Part shown: one piece after another, positions 20,423 through 30,783 of the stretch | Position numbering within the stretch: the stretch's first letter is position 1 | Layout of the letters: each line of letters opens with the position of its first letter | NCBI GenBank assembly: GCA_944386605.1 | Contig: CALXBS010000004.1 | Coordinates: forward strand, 1 to 58,909 | Direction: 5' to 3' | DNA from: an uncultured Clostridia bacterium | GTDB taxonomy: Bacteria; Bacillota; Clostridia; TANB77; CAG-465 | DNA length: 58,909 nucleotides | The notes under the pieces: generated by a model | What the model was told of the DNA's origin: nothing | What the model saw: only the letters and a program-made list of their open reading frames with translations | Databases searched by the model: none | Position numbers and translations under genes: made by a program

Positions 20423-21967
20423 TTAGGCGTCTTTTAACTTTTTATCATCATATGCTTTTAAATACTTTTTGGCTAAGAAACTATCTGTTTCATAAGGAAC
20501 ATATTCCTTTCCAACTTTCTGTGTTTGATCATTTCCTTTTCCAAGTAATAATACCATCACGTTTTCTTTCTGGCTTGCAGCATGAATAATTGCAGACTTA
20601 ATTGCTTGTTCCCTATCTTCTATTTTCTCACAATTTTGATTATACTTTTTTACGTATTTTTCAATTTCATTGGAAATATCCTCTACTCTTTCGGTTGCAG
20701 GATCATCTGCTGTAATATAAATTTTGTCTGCATTTTGTCCAGCGATTTCCCCTAAATCCTTTCTTCTCATCTGTGCTTTTCCTCCAACAGAACCAAATAC
20801 GACAACTTTATACCTATCTGGATATTCTTCTTTCATAGAATGAAATACTCTTTCAAAACTCAAACGATTATGTGCGTAATCAACTAACACCATAATCTTT
20901 TTATCAAGGGACGAATATAACTCCATTCTTCCTTTAGATTTTGCCTTTTTTAACCCTTCTACAATGTAACCAACAGGAACATTTAAAATATAGGCAGAAG
21001 CAATTGCTACCAAAGCATTTTCAACATTAAAAATTCCTGGTACGGTTAATAAAAATTCTACATCTTCATTTTGAAATTGAACTTTAAAAATTGTATCTTC
21101 TCCTACCTTTTTGATATCATAAGCATAAAAATCTGCGTCTTGATTCTTTAAAGAAATGGTATACACTTTTTGCGCATTTTCTAACGCTTTTTGATAAATT
21201 TTTTCTCCTAAAGGATCATCTAAATTCACAATTGCATTCTTTGTTCTCTCAAACAGCTTTAACTTTGAAGAAAAATAATCTTCAAAATTTGGATGTTCAA
21301 TTGGACTAATATGATCCTCGGAAATATTTAAGAAAGCTCCTATTGTAAAAAAGACATCTGCAGTTCGGTTGTATTTTAAACCTTGGGATGAAACTTCCAT
21401 AACTAAATTTTTTATTCCACTCATTTTTGCGTTATAAAAATGTCTTTGTAAATCATAAGATTCAGGAGTGGTAATGTGTGATTCAAAATGTTCTTTTCCA
21501 TCATAGGTATCAATGGTAGAAATAATTGCTGTATCTTTCTTATGCGTATTGCTTGCATATTCATCTAGTATTGCTTTTAAAAAATAAGCGGTAGTTGTTT
21601 TCCCTTTTGTTCCCGTGATCCCTATAATATTTAAATCTTTTCCAGGATGATTAAAAAACAAACACGCAATACGGGATAATGCAAGTTTTACATCCGTTAC
21701 AATAATACCGGGAATCAAAACCTCTAGTGGCTTTTCACTAACATAAATAAAAACCCCTGCCTGTATTGCCTCTTTTAAATATTTTTCTTGAAAAGAAGCA
21801 CCTTTACACACAAATAACGTATCCTCTATTACCTCCTTGGAATTGTAAGAAACATAATTTACTTCCTTTTCTAATATATCATTGCAATCTATGATTTCTT
21901 TGATTAAATCTTCTTTTTGTAGCAGCTCAATATATTCTTTTACTAAATATTTTTTCATGTCAAACAC
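20423..21967 (-). CDS. murE: UDP-N-acetylmuramoyl-L-alanyl-D-glutamate ligase MurE (motif suggests the L-Lys-adding type)
   Basis: Mur ligase P-loop GITGTKGKTTT. The C-terminal motif is DDPA, not the DNPR of meso-DAP-adding enzymes. Confidence 0.85.
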   Translation of the reverse strand: MFDMKKYLVKEYIELLQKEDLIKEIIDCNDILEKEVNYVSYNSKEVIEDTLFVCKGASFQEKYLKEAIQAGVFIYVSEKPLEVLIPGIIVTDVKLALSRIACLFFNHPGKDLNIIGITGTKGKTTTAYFLKAILDEYASNTHKKDTAIISTIDTYDGKEHFESHITTPESYDLQRHFYNAKMSGIKNLVMEVSSQGLKYNRTADVFFTIGAFLNISEDHISPIEHPNFEDYFSSKLKLFERTKNAIVNLDDPLGEKIYQKALENAQKVYTISLKNQDADFYAYDIKKVGEDTIFKVQFQNEDVEFLLTVPGIFNVENALVAIASAYILNVPVGYIVEGLKKAKSKGRMELYSSLDKKIMVLVDYAHNRLSFERVFHSMKEEYPDRYKVVVFGSVGGKAQMRRKDLGEIAGQNADKIYITADDPATERVEDISNEIEKYVKKYNQNCEKIEDREQAIKSAIIHAASQKENVMVLLLGKGNDQTQKVGKEYVPYETDSFLAKKYLKAYDDKKLKDA

Positions 21968-22117
21968 CTCTATTTTGTTAGATTATACACTATTACTAGC
22001 AGAAAAGCAAGAAGAGAAGGATTGCTAAATTTTATCTTCTTTACTTTTTATGTCATGTATGATATAATAGAATGCATAGTTTATGGCACCTAAAATAATT
22101 ATATAAAGGAGAATGAG

Positions 22118-22879
22118 ATGAACATGCCAATTTTACAAGACCTCTTAAACCAGGCTACCAAAAAATTTACTTTAACAGAAGAAGGATATATACAATTACG
22201 GTCTCTTCTTGACCTTATCTTTATAGACGATCCGATTCCTTTTTCTGTGATGAATGGCGGGTATATTGAAATTTTAACAGAACACGGAAGTGATTTATTC
22301 TTCATTCAATTCTCTTCCAAATCCAAACTTACTTGTACCGCCTACTGCAATAAAGTCCTGGTTAGTGTTATTGACATTGAAAATGTTTTACGTACCACAG
22401 AGGAGCTGGATGAAAAGTACAAAAATTTCAAGCTGGTAGGAAATATGACGAGTCAAAAAGCATTTCCAATTACACTACGCTATTTTAACTTTGAGTTTCT
22501 TAAATTTTATCAACCGGAGCAATATGCATTGTTATGTTTAAACATCATTACAAATGTTTCTTTGTATTTAGCACTGCATAACAATCATGTAAAGGTAGAA
22601 AACCAGCCACGCACTTTGCAAGTAAAAACGAGTGATTCTCTTGCAGGAAATCGTGAAAGTCGCCGGAAAGCAAAGAAAAATATGCCTTCTTCCTATGTAA
22701 CGGTTACGAGAAATCTTTGTGTGAGCACCTTACCAGATTCTAATACTATAGAAAAAGTCATTATGTCACATTATCCTATTTCAAAAAGAGTAGTAAAAGC
22801 GCATAATCGCACTTTAAGAAATGGAAATGTGAAGTTTTTCCCTGAAAAGACTTACTACAAATTAAAACAGTTACAGTAA
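22118..22879 (+). CDS. hypothetical protein with a basic C-terminus
   Basis: 253 aa with an AAGGAGA RBS and its own terminator. No family recognised. Looks more G/C-rich than its neighbours by eye. Confidence 0.6.
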   Translation: MNMPILQDLLNQATKKFTLTEEGYIQLRSLLDLIFIDDPIPFSVMNGGYIEILTEHGSDLFFIQFSSKSKLTCTAYCNKVLVSVIDIENVLRTTEELDEKYKNFKLVGNMTSQKAFPITLRYFNFEFLKFYQPEQYALLCLNIITNVSLYLALHNNHVKVENQPRTLQVKTSDSLAGNRESRRKAKKNMPSSYVTVTRNLCVSTLPDSNTIEKVIMSHYPISKRVVKAHNRTLRNGNVKFFPEKTYYKLKQLQ

Positions 22880-22949
22880 AAATTTGTCTCATAAGACTTA
22901 AATGGTAGGTAACAGACTTCAAAAGAATTTTTAAAGTTACACAAGCAAG

Positions 22950-22979
22950 CCCCAAAAGGAAACACTTTTGGGGTTTTGT
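22950..22979 (+). terminator. rho-independent terminator
   Basis: CCCCAAAAG-gaaacac-CTTTTGGGG followed by TTTTG. Confidence 0.75.
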
Positions 22980-23128
22980 TCTTTCTTATTCTTCTTTTTA
23001 TTCCATGTATTTCTTTGTTTTATATATTTCTTTATTTATCATTTCACATTTTCCTTTTTTAATATAATTTTTGCAAAAAATAAAAGACTCCAGCAAAAGA
23101 GCTAGAGCCTTTTAGGTGTGGTAAGCAG

Positions 23129-23626
23129 TTACTTGATTTCTGTTGCAAATCCATATTTAAACGCATCGATAGATCCAACGTACCACCCTTCTCTTAATTT
23201 TGTTTTAACTTCTTCTTTTGTAAAGAAATAGTGGCATTTTTCAAAGATTTCCTCTACAATGCCATTGTACATTTCTTCCAGAACTTCCATCATCTTTTTG
23301 AGTTCTGAGTATGTACTATTCAATTCCTGTGAAGGCTCGTGAAAGAGTAATTGTGCTTCTTTTCCAATCATAACTCTTTCACTTCCAAGCAGAAAAATCA
23401 TTCCAGCTGTTGAATAAGCATCTCCAATGCATACTGTCTTTACGACAGGGTTATATACATTAATTAAACTTTTGATCTGCCGATACAGTTTCAATGATCC
23501 ACCTCCAGAATTAATAAGTAATGTTATCTTCTTACCCTTTACACATCCTTCTAAAAAATCTTGAGTAATTCTAGGCATAATCTCAGGTGTCAATTCCCCA
23601 TAAATCCGTATAAATTTTTCTTCCAT
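23129..23626 (-). CDS. short ClpP/S14-family serine protease-like protein
   Basis: ClpP-like blocks are INSGGGS, CIGDAYSTAGMIFLLG (Ser nucleophile context) and LLFHEPS (His). At 165 aa it is shorter than canonical ClpP. Confidence 0.65.
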   Translation of the reverse strand: MEEKFIRIYGELTPEIMPRITQDFLEGCVKGKKITLLINSGGGSLKLYRQIKSLINVYNPVVKTVCIGDAYSTAGMIFLLGSERVMIGKEAQLLFHEPSQELNSTYSELKKMMEVLEEMYNGIVEEIFEKCHYFFTKEEVKTKLREGWYVGSIDAFKYGFATEIK

Positions 23627-23952
23627 TTTTCAGTCTCCTTTATAAAATTATTTTATTGAGTTAATATAAAATCTATAATTATTATAACATTTTTTTAGCA
23701 AAAGTCAACATTATGTAAACTTTTTAAAAACACTATCTCGTTATAAGAAATAAAACAAAATTATAGTGAATGGAGATAAAAGATTTATATCATTTTATGA
23801 TGATTGCAATAACGAACTAGAAGAATATTTATACTTTGCAAAAATAGAGAGTATAAAAAATATAAAAAGTAATGATAATTATAGGGCTGTAAAAAAAGTC
23901 CAAAAGAAAAAGGGGCTATAAAAAAGTCCCTTCCATCTTTTTATTTTTGATT

Positions 23953-24492
23953 CTATATAACAGAATTATTCATAGACGCTGCTTCAGCAACTACTCCTGC
24001 TGTATAGGACGCTTTAATGGTCTCTTCAATTTTATGATCAAGAATATCATGGTCTAGTCCTTCTGCAAGTACCATTTCACTTAATAAGATATCCTTTGCA
24101 GTAGCAAGCATTTTCTTTTCACCAATAGAAAGACCTCTTTCCATATGTCTATGAGAAAGTTCACGTACGACTTCAGCTACTTCTAAAATATTACCAGATT
24201 TGATTTTATCAACATTCTGATTATATCTTTTACTCCAATTTGCGTCGTGAATATATGGATCCTTAGGTTTTTCTAATATATCAAATACTTTCTCAGCTTC
24301 TGATTTTTCTGAGATTTCTCTTACCCCAATATCGTTTACTTTACTGTTTGGTACCATAAGTTTCATACCACCAATCGGCATTTTAATAATGTAGTAGTCT
24401 TCTGAATTTCCAAGCATTTCTTTTTCTTCAATTGCTTCAATTGTTCCTGCTCCATGCATTGGATATACTACTTTATCACCTATATTGAACAT
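23953..24492 (-). CDS. carD: CarD/CdnL-family RNA polymerase-binding regulator
   Basis: N-terminus MFNIGDKVVYPMHGAGTIEAIEEKE. Start moved to ATG 24492, behind an AAGGAGG RBS. Confidence 0.85.
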   Translation of the reverse strand: MFNIGDKVVYPMHGAGTIEAIEEKEMLGNSEDYYIIKMPIGGMKLMVPNSKVNDIGVREISEKSEAEKVFDILEKPKDPYIHDANWSKRYNQNVDKIKSGNILEVAEVVRELSHRHMERGLSIGEKKMLATAKDILLSEMVLAEGLDHDILDHKIEETIKASYTAGVVAEAASMNNSVI

Positions 24493-24594
24493 GACCACTC
24501 CTCCTTTACGTTCCTGCTCCAAATACACTTATATTATATCACAAAATAGCGTAAAAGTAAAGGAAAAACTTGATTTTAAATCGAAAAAAATTGT

Positions 24595-25299
24595 CTAATT
24601 TGCTCCAAAACGCCTATTTCTTTTTTGGTATTCTTCGATTGCTTTTTCTAAACATTTCTTATCAAAATCAGGCCATAAAACTTCTGGAAAATATAGCTCT
24701 GAATAAGTAATTTGCCATGGTAAGAAATTGCTTGTCCTATACTCTCCACTTGTTCTAATAACAAGATCCGGATCAGGAATATTTCCTGTATAAAGATATG
24801 AAGAAAATAGCTTTTCATCAATATCTTCTAATTTTAATTTGTTTTCTTTAACCTGCATAGCAATTTCTTGTGTAGCTCTTAAGATTTCTTGCCTTCCACC
24901 ATAATTTAAGCAAATACCAAATACAAGCTTTTTGCGATCCTTCGTATTCTCTTCTAAATATGCTATATTTTTTTGAATCTTAGGATCTAGCCTACTTTTA
25001 TCTCCATAAATTCTAATACAAATATCTTTATCACTTTGCTCTTTTATTAATCTTTCTGTATACTGATATAACAGTTTCATTAATCCTTCTACTTCTTCTT
25101 CACTACGCTTCCAGTTTTCTGTCGAAAAAGCATATACAGTAACATATTCTATTCCTAATTCATATGCATTTTCAATTAATTCTTCTACTCTACTTGCTCC
25201 TTTTTTATGACCAGCAGATACAGGCAATAAATGCTTTTTTGCCCATCTTCTATTTCCATCTAAAATCACTGCAATATGTTTGGGTAATATTTTTTCCAT
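24595..25299 (-). CDS. uppS: isoprenyl transferase (undecaprenyl-diphosphate synthase)
   Basis: Motifs HIAVILDGNRRWA, YAFSTENWKR and IRTSGEYRTSNFLPWQ. Confidence 0.93.
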   Translation of the reverse strand: MEKILPKHIAVILDGNRRWAKKHLLPVSAGHKKGASRVEELIENAYELGIEYVTVYAFSTENWKRSEEEVEGLMKLLYQYTERLIKEQSDKDICIRIYGDKSRLDPKIQKNIAYLEENTKDRKKLVFGICLNYGGRQEILRATQEIAMQVKENKLKLEDIDEKLFSSYLYTGNIPDPDLVIRTSGEYRTSNFLPWQITYSELYFPEVLWPDFDKKCLEKAIEEYQKRNRRFGAN

Positions 25300-25308
25300 A
25301 ATTTCCTC

Positions 25309-26214
25309 CTACTTTTCCCTTTCCTCTATATAATAAGCTAATTCCTTTAAAAAGGTGCTTTTTTCACCAAAAATAGAAATCTTAAGAACTGCCTCTTTAA
25401 CAAGCTCCTCTAATATTTGTTTGCTTTTTTCTAGTCCATATTTTGAAATATACGTATTTTTATTTTTGTTTCTATCATTTCCTACTGGTTTTCCCATTTT
25501 TTCTACATTTCCTATTTCTGATAAAATATCATCTTTTACTTGAAAAGCAAGACCTATATTATCTGCATAATGCATTAATGCTTCCATTTGTTCTTGATCT
25601 GCTCCTCCTAAAAGAGCCCCCATTTTAATGGATTCTTTGATTAAAGCTCCTGTTTTATTCTTATGCATATACGCAAGTAAATCTATATCAATTACTTGAT
25701 TTTCTGTTTCAACATCTACAAATTCACCAATAATCATTCTTTCAACTGCCATAGAAAATTCATGTAAAACTTTTTGCTTTAAGACAAGTTTTTGAGGATC
25801 TTTTTCATTTACAATATCTCTTGTCATCACTACATATGCTCTATTTAAAAGCGTATCTCCTGCAAGAAGAGCAGTAGCTTCTCCAAAAACTTTGTGATTA
25901 GATGGTTTTCCATGTCTTAAATCATCATTATCAATACATGGCATATCATCATGAATTAACGAAAAATTATGTACCATTTCCATTCCAACAAAATAAGGAA
26001 TACACTCATGATAATCCGATTTAAAAAGAAAATACGTTGCAAGAAGTAAAATGGGTCTTAAACGCTTTCCTCCTGCAAGCAAACTATAGCACATTGCTTC
26101 CTCTAACTTTTTTTCTGGCACATCTGAAAAAACAGAGTATTTTTCTAAACTAGCATTTACAAGCTCCTGTAACCTTGTAAGCTCTTGTTGAAACTGATTT
26201 TCTTTTTCTCCCAT
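25309..26214 (-). CDS. ispA: polyprenyl (farnesyl/geranylgeranyl) diphosphate synthase
   Basis: First and second Asp-rich motifs are LIHDDMPCIDNDD and FQVKDDILS. Confidence 0.85.
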   Translation of the reverse strand: MGEKENQFQQELTRLQELVNASLEKYSVFSDVPEKKLEEAMCYSLLAGGKRLRPILLLATYFLFKSDYHECIPYFVGMEMVHNFSLIHDDMPCIDNDDLRHGKPSNHKVFGEATALLAGDTLLNRAYVVMTRDIVNEKDPQKLVLKQKVLHEFSMAVERMIIGEFVDVETENQVIDIDLLAYMHKNKTGALIKESIKMGALLGGADQEQMEALMHYADNIGLAFQVKDDILSEIGNVEKMGKPVGNDRNKNKNTYISKYGLEKSKQILEELVKEAVLKISIFGEKSTFLKELAYYIEEREK

Positions 26215-26241
26215 AATATATTTCTCTCCATTCTTTTCCTT

Positions 26242-27321
26242 TTATATATTATATCCTTTTAAAATATATTGCTCTTGCAATCTTCTTAAAGACTGATAGA
26301 TAATTTTTGCTCTTACCTCACCTACGCCGTCTACCTCGTCTAACTCATCTAACGTAGCCGTACAAATTCCCTGTAAAGAACCAAAAGCATTTACCACTTT
26401 ATCAATTACATATACAGGCATTTTAGGTACTTTATTTAGCATTCTATAGCCTTTTGCAGAAACATTTAAATCTAGTATTTCCGGATGAATTTCATAGCCG
26501 AGTAATTTTACAATTTTTTCTGCTACAATTAGATCTTTTCTTTCTAATTTTCTAATTTCTTTTAAAATACTATCTGCTGTTCTTCCTTTTCCTTTTACAA
26601 TCATATAATCTTGAATAATTTGTTTTTCTTCCGATTCTACATTTGCAATAATCTCTTCTAATTGAATGTTTACAAGTCTTCCCTCGGTTCCAAGTTCCAC
26701 TATATTTAATTTAATCTCTGCTTCCATACGCATAATCATTTCGCTTCGATAAATACAATTTGCTACCGTTTCTAAAGAAACAATATCATCAAATTCATGT
26801 TCACTTAAAATATTTAAGGTATGATCAAAAACCGTTTTGTATTTTTCTAGTGCTTCTAATGTTTGATTTGCTCTCATAAGTACAACCGATGTTTCGTTAA
26901 TTACATATCTAAAGTCACCTTTAAATATGGTAATAATTCCTCTTCTTTGCGAAATACAAATAACAATTTTATTGGTTTGTCTTGCCACACGTTCTGCAGT
27001 TCTATGTCTTGTTCCTGTTTCAATAGTAACCATTCTATAATCTGGATTTAACTGAACATTTGCCATCAGAATATTTTTTAAATCTTTGCTAATAATAATT
27101 GCACCATCCATTTTTGCAAGCTCATATAAAGCAGCTGGAGAAAAACTTTGCTCTAATTTAAAGCCTCCGTCAATAATGGATCCTAATTCTTCTACATTTG
27201 ATATCACAATAAGAGCTCCTGTTTTTGCTTTTACAATGTTATCCAATCCTTCTCTTAGAGGAGTTCCTGGAGCCATGATCTTTAATAATTCTAATAATTC
27301 TTTTTGTTGCACTTTTTTCAC
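26242..27321 (-). CDS. disA: DNA integrity scanning protein / diadenylate cyclase
   Basis: DisA_N motifs (GALIVIS, DGAIIIS, TRHRTAER) and a C-terminal HhH. Lies immediately downstream of radA, as in other Firmicutes. Confidence 0.92.
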   Translation of the reverse strand: MKKVQQKELLELLKIMAPGTPLREGLDNIVKAKTGALIVISNVEELGSIIDGGFKLEQSFSPAALYELAKMDGAIIISKDLKNILMANVQLNPDYRMVTIETGTRHRTAERVARQTNKIVICISQRRGIITIFKGDFRYVINETSVVLMRANQTLEALEKYKTVFDHTLNILSEHEFDDIVSLETVANCIYRSEMIMRMEAEIKLNIVELGTEGRLVNIQLEEIIANVESEEKQIIQDYMIVKGKGRTADSILKEIRKLERKDLIVAEKIVKLLGYEIHPEILDLNVSAKGYRMLNKVPKMPVYVIDKVVNAFGSLQGICTATLDELDEVDGVGEVRAKIIYQSLRRLQEQYILKGYNI

Positions 27322-28712
27322 CTATCCATTCTCTATAATTTGATTAATTGCTTGTTCTATTGTTCCAATTCCTACTAGCTGAATTGTCATAGATGTATTT
27401 TCCTTCTTTAAATTTTCAATTTGTTTGCAATTTCCAATAATCTTTTGATATCCCATTTTTTCAACTTCTTTTACTCGTTTTTCAAATTGATTAATACTTC
27501 GAATTTCTCCTGTTAATCCAACCTCTCCTATAAATACCGTCTTATTATCAATTACAATATTTTTATAACTAGAAACAATTGCCATAGCAACCGCTAAATC
27601 TACTGCAGGTTCGTCAATTCTTATTCCACCAATGACATTGATATACACATCTTGTGTTCCAAGATTAATATGACATCTTTTTTCAAGTACTGCTAAAATC
27701 ATGCTCAATCGGTTCATATCAATTCCATTAGCGACTCTTCTAGGAATGTTATAATAAGAATGGGATGTTAAGGCTTGCACTTCTAGTAAATAGTAGAAGT
27801 CCCTTCTACAGTAGCAACAATACAAGTTCCCGGTAAATTTTGAGGTGCGTCAGATAAAAAAACTTCTGACATATTATTTACTTCTACCATTCCTATATCT
27901 TGCATATCAAAAATTCCGATTTCATTGGTTGAACCAAACCTATTTTTCACCCCTCTTACAATTCTATGTGAAAAAAATCTTTCTCCCTCGATATATAACA
28001 CCGTATCTACCATATGTTCTAAAATTCTAGGCCCTGCAATCACACCATCTTTGGTAACATGCCCAATCACAATGACTGTAATTCCTTTTTTCTTTGCTAA
28101 GTACATCATCCTAGCAGTTACTTCTTTTACTTGTGATACACTTCCTGGTACAGAAGAAATTTCTTCATCATACATTGTTTGAATAGAATCAATGATACAA
28201 AACTTTGGTTCTACCATCTCTATTTTCGATTCTATTTCAGAAATATTTGTTTCACTTAAAAATAATATCTCATCCGATACTACTTTCAAACGATCTGCTC
28301 TCATTTTCACTTGTACTTCTGATTCCTCTCCTGAAACATAAAGCACTTTTCCAGTTTTAGCTAAATTTCCGCAAACTTGCATAATAAGTGTTGATTTTCC
28401 AATACCAGGTTCTCCTCCAATTAAATTTAAAGAACCTTCTACCAGTCCATTTCCTAAAACACGGTCTAACTCTTCAAAACCTGAACTAATTCTTACTGTT
28501 TTAGAAATCACAATTTCATTTAATTTTTTTACTTCCGCTTTTTCATGAAAAGGAGTGGCAAAACTCCTTGTAGAAGACTTACTACTGCTTTTTTTAACTA
28601 CTTTTTCTTCTACAAAAGTATTCCAATTATTACATCCAGGACATCTTCCTAGCCATTTTGCACTTTCATATCCACATTCTTTACAAAAAAATACTGTATT
28701 TGCTCCTGCCAT
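27322..28712 (-). pseudogene. radA: DNA repair protein RadA/Sms, reading frame broken by a single-base frameshift
   Basis: The N-terminal ORF (27783..28712) has a zinc ribbon CKECGYES...CPGC and a Walker A motif GGEPGIGKST. It ends ...VATVEGTSTIY*. The C-terminal Lon-like part (LLEVQALTS...) continues in the -1 frame at 27322..27789. One extra T in the coding-strand T3 run (+ strand AAA at 27788-27790) would give a protein of about 463 aa. Confidence 0.85.
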
Positions 28713-29441
28713 TTACTCACCAACTTTTTTAATGCTTTCTTTTAAAAATTGATACAAATCACTTTCTACACGATAGTCTCTTTCAAATCCCTCATCAATT
28801 GCATTTTTCTCTAGTAACTTTAAATAATCATTTCTTGTGTTTTCATCATAGACACAAATCGATATCCCATGATTTTCTTTTACAAAATTCATAGAATAAA
28901 AATCGGTAAATCCATCCCCTATATAAATGATATTCGTACAATTACTACTATTTTCATTAATTTCTAACAATTTTTTTACTTTATCTTTTGCCTCTACCAC
29001 TTCTTTTACTCCAATGATTTCATTAGAAGAATTGTACAGAAAACTAGAACCTTTTATGGCAGTAAAATATTTTGCTATTTTAGTTTTTTCTAAAAATTCT
29101 TGCATACCAGAAGTGATAATATAATGCTCTAATTTTACTTGATGAAACTTTGCTGCTTTATTAATTGCTTCAAAAAACTCTTCTACTCCTTCTGCAAAAG
29201 ATATCGTTTCTGCCCCCAAACAAATATTTTCATAAGAAGGTGCTAAACCTTTCTTATGAAACAAATCTATATATATATGCATAAATCTTTCTACCAACTG
29301 ATCTTTATCTTTTATAAATTCCTTTGCATTTTTTATCATATCAACAATAGAAATTCCTAATTTCTTCATCACAGGATAACTAGGAAATACATGATCTGTT
29401 AATGTTCCATCAAAATCATACACTATTTTTATTTCTTTCAT
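28713..29441 (-). CDS. HAD-superfamily hydrolase
   Basis: HAD motif I is YDFDGTLTD. A later GDGFTD motif is also present. Confidence 0.7.
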   Translation of the reverse strand: MKEIKIVYDFDGTLTDHVFPSYPVMKKLGISIVDMIKNAKEFIKDKDQLVERFMHIYIDLFHKKGLAPSYENICLGAETISFAEGVEEFFEAINKAAKFHQVKLEHYIITSGMQEFLEKTKIAKYFTAIKGSSFLYNSSNEIIGVKEVVEAKDKVKKLLEINENSSNCTNIIYIGDGFTDFYSMNFVKENHGISICVYDENTRNDYLKLLEKNAIDEGFERDYRVESDLYQFLKESIKKVGE

Positions 29442-29557
29442 AATCGCTCCTTAAAAACAATTATATTATACTATATTCCCCTCTGACATTCAATAGAAAC
29501 CTTTTGAAACAAAGAAAAATAGGCATGAATATTTACTATCATGTCTATTTTAAAACA

Positions 29558-29788
29558 TTATTTTCTATGACTCATTATGTTTTGTAATTCAAAACGATGA
29601 ACTTGCCCATTTTTATTTACTTCATCTATAAATAAAGAATAAGGTCTTACCCATAACGGAGCATTTTCATATAATCCTCTATAAATAACCATTTTTTCGC
29701 CAGTTTCACTATGACAAGCAATGTCTTCTACAAGATAATAATCCCCTTTATAATGCTTATAAATTCCTTTTATTTTTACTTCTTCCAT
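29558..29788 (-). CDS. DUF1653-like small protein
   Basis: 76 aa. YKHYKGDYYLV...IYRGLY...WVRPYSLF is the typical DUF1653 pattern. Confidence 0.65.
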   Translation of the reverse strand: MEEVKIKGIYKHYKGDYYLVEDIACHSETGEKMVIYRGLYENAPLWVRPYSLFIDEVNKNGQVHRFELQNIMSHRK

Positions 29789-29960
29789 TTTAGCTCCTCC
29801 TTTTTTTGTATTTTATCATATCAAAACTGATTACGCAACATCAAAATATTATGCAATCTTTTTTGCTTTAAATCCTTGTAAACTTGCTTTTTAATACTAA
29901 TAATGATATAATACTATCAATTGTTTTTTATTGTCCAAAAAAATTTTAAAGGAGGCATTT

Positions 29961-30707
29961 ATGTATTATCGAAGCAAAAGAATTTCTAGAGTGTCACGGT
30001 TGTGCTTAAGACATCCTAAGAAAATGTTACTCATCATTTCTTCTTTAGCATTTCTAATTGGTTTTTTCTGTATTCCCTTGCGAACCATGGAAGAAGCAGA
30101 ATTTAAATCTTTAGAGACGACTGCCTATACCATTTATGACAAAATCACTTCTTATACGCCTTTAGAGCCAAATAAGATTGTCATAAATCAAGATAGTCAT
30201 GGGAAAGCAATACATGTTTTCTTTGACCTTTCTAAGCAAGATAAAAATATTTCTTTTTTAAACAAGATTTCATCCAAAGCAATTTTAAGTATAGATGATC
30301 TCTCTGGAAATGTTTCTATTGAGCTTACGAACAGTAATTTAGGAATGAATCTTTCCATCTACCCACAAGAGCAGGAGAAAAAAAGTCCGGTTTTAAAGCA
30401 GATAGCATATAAGTTATACGATATCTTTTCGCCTATCTTCTTTGAACAAATACAAGACTTAACACTAACGCAAAAGAATCAAAAAATAACGATTTCTCTT
30501 ACTACTAGTTCTTTTAATACGGATATTGGTGGAGTTACATTAATCAATGAAAATGGAAAACTTACCTATCAAAGAAGCTTTCTTCCCGGACTTCGCTTTA
30601 ATTTGATGTTTGGTATTTGTTTTTCTTTATCTAGTATTGTGTTATTCCTTATTGCTTATGATTCTCTAAAAAAGAAACATAAAGTATCCTATCAATATTT
30701 AAGGTAG
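29961..30707 (+). CDS. hypothetical protein with TM helices at both ends
   Basis: Start set to ATG 29961, behind an AAAGGAGG RBS. Has N- and C-terminal hydrophobic helices. No family recognised. Confidence 0.55.
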   Translation: MYYRSKRISRVSRLCLRHPKKMLLIISSLAFLIGFFCIPLRTMEEAEFKSLETTAYTIYDKITSYTPLEPNKIVINQDSHGKAIHVFFDLSKQDKNISFLNKISSKAILSIDDLSGNVSIELTNSNLGMNLSIYPQEQEKKSPVLKQIAYKLYDIFSPIFFEQIQDLTLTQKNQKITISLTTSSFNTDIGGVTLINENGKLTYQRSFLPGLRFNLMFGICFSLSSIVLFLIAYDSLKKKHKVSYQYLR

Positions 30708-30783
30708 TAAAGGAGGGAAAAATGAAAACATTTGGAAATGACAAGAAAAAAGGCTAAAAATAATCTATAGTAGGAGGTGTCTT

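Noticed and set aside
27322-27825. 167-aa ORF starting MYCCYCRRDFYY as an independent gene
   Set aside because: Its N-terminal 12 residues are an out-of-frame read-through of radA. From LLEVQAL onward it is simply the RadA C-terminal domain. It is treated as part of one frameshifted radA.
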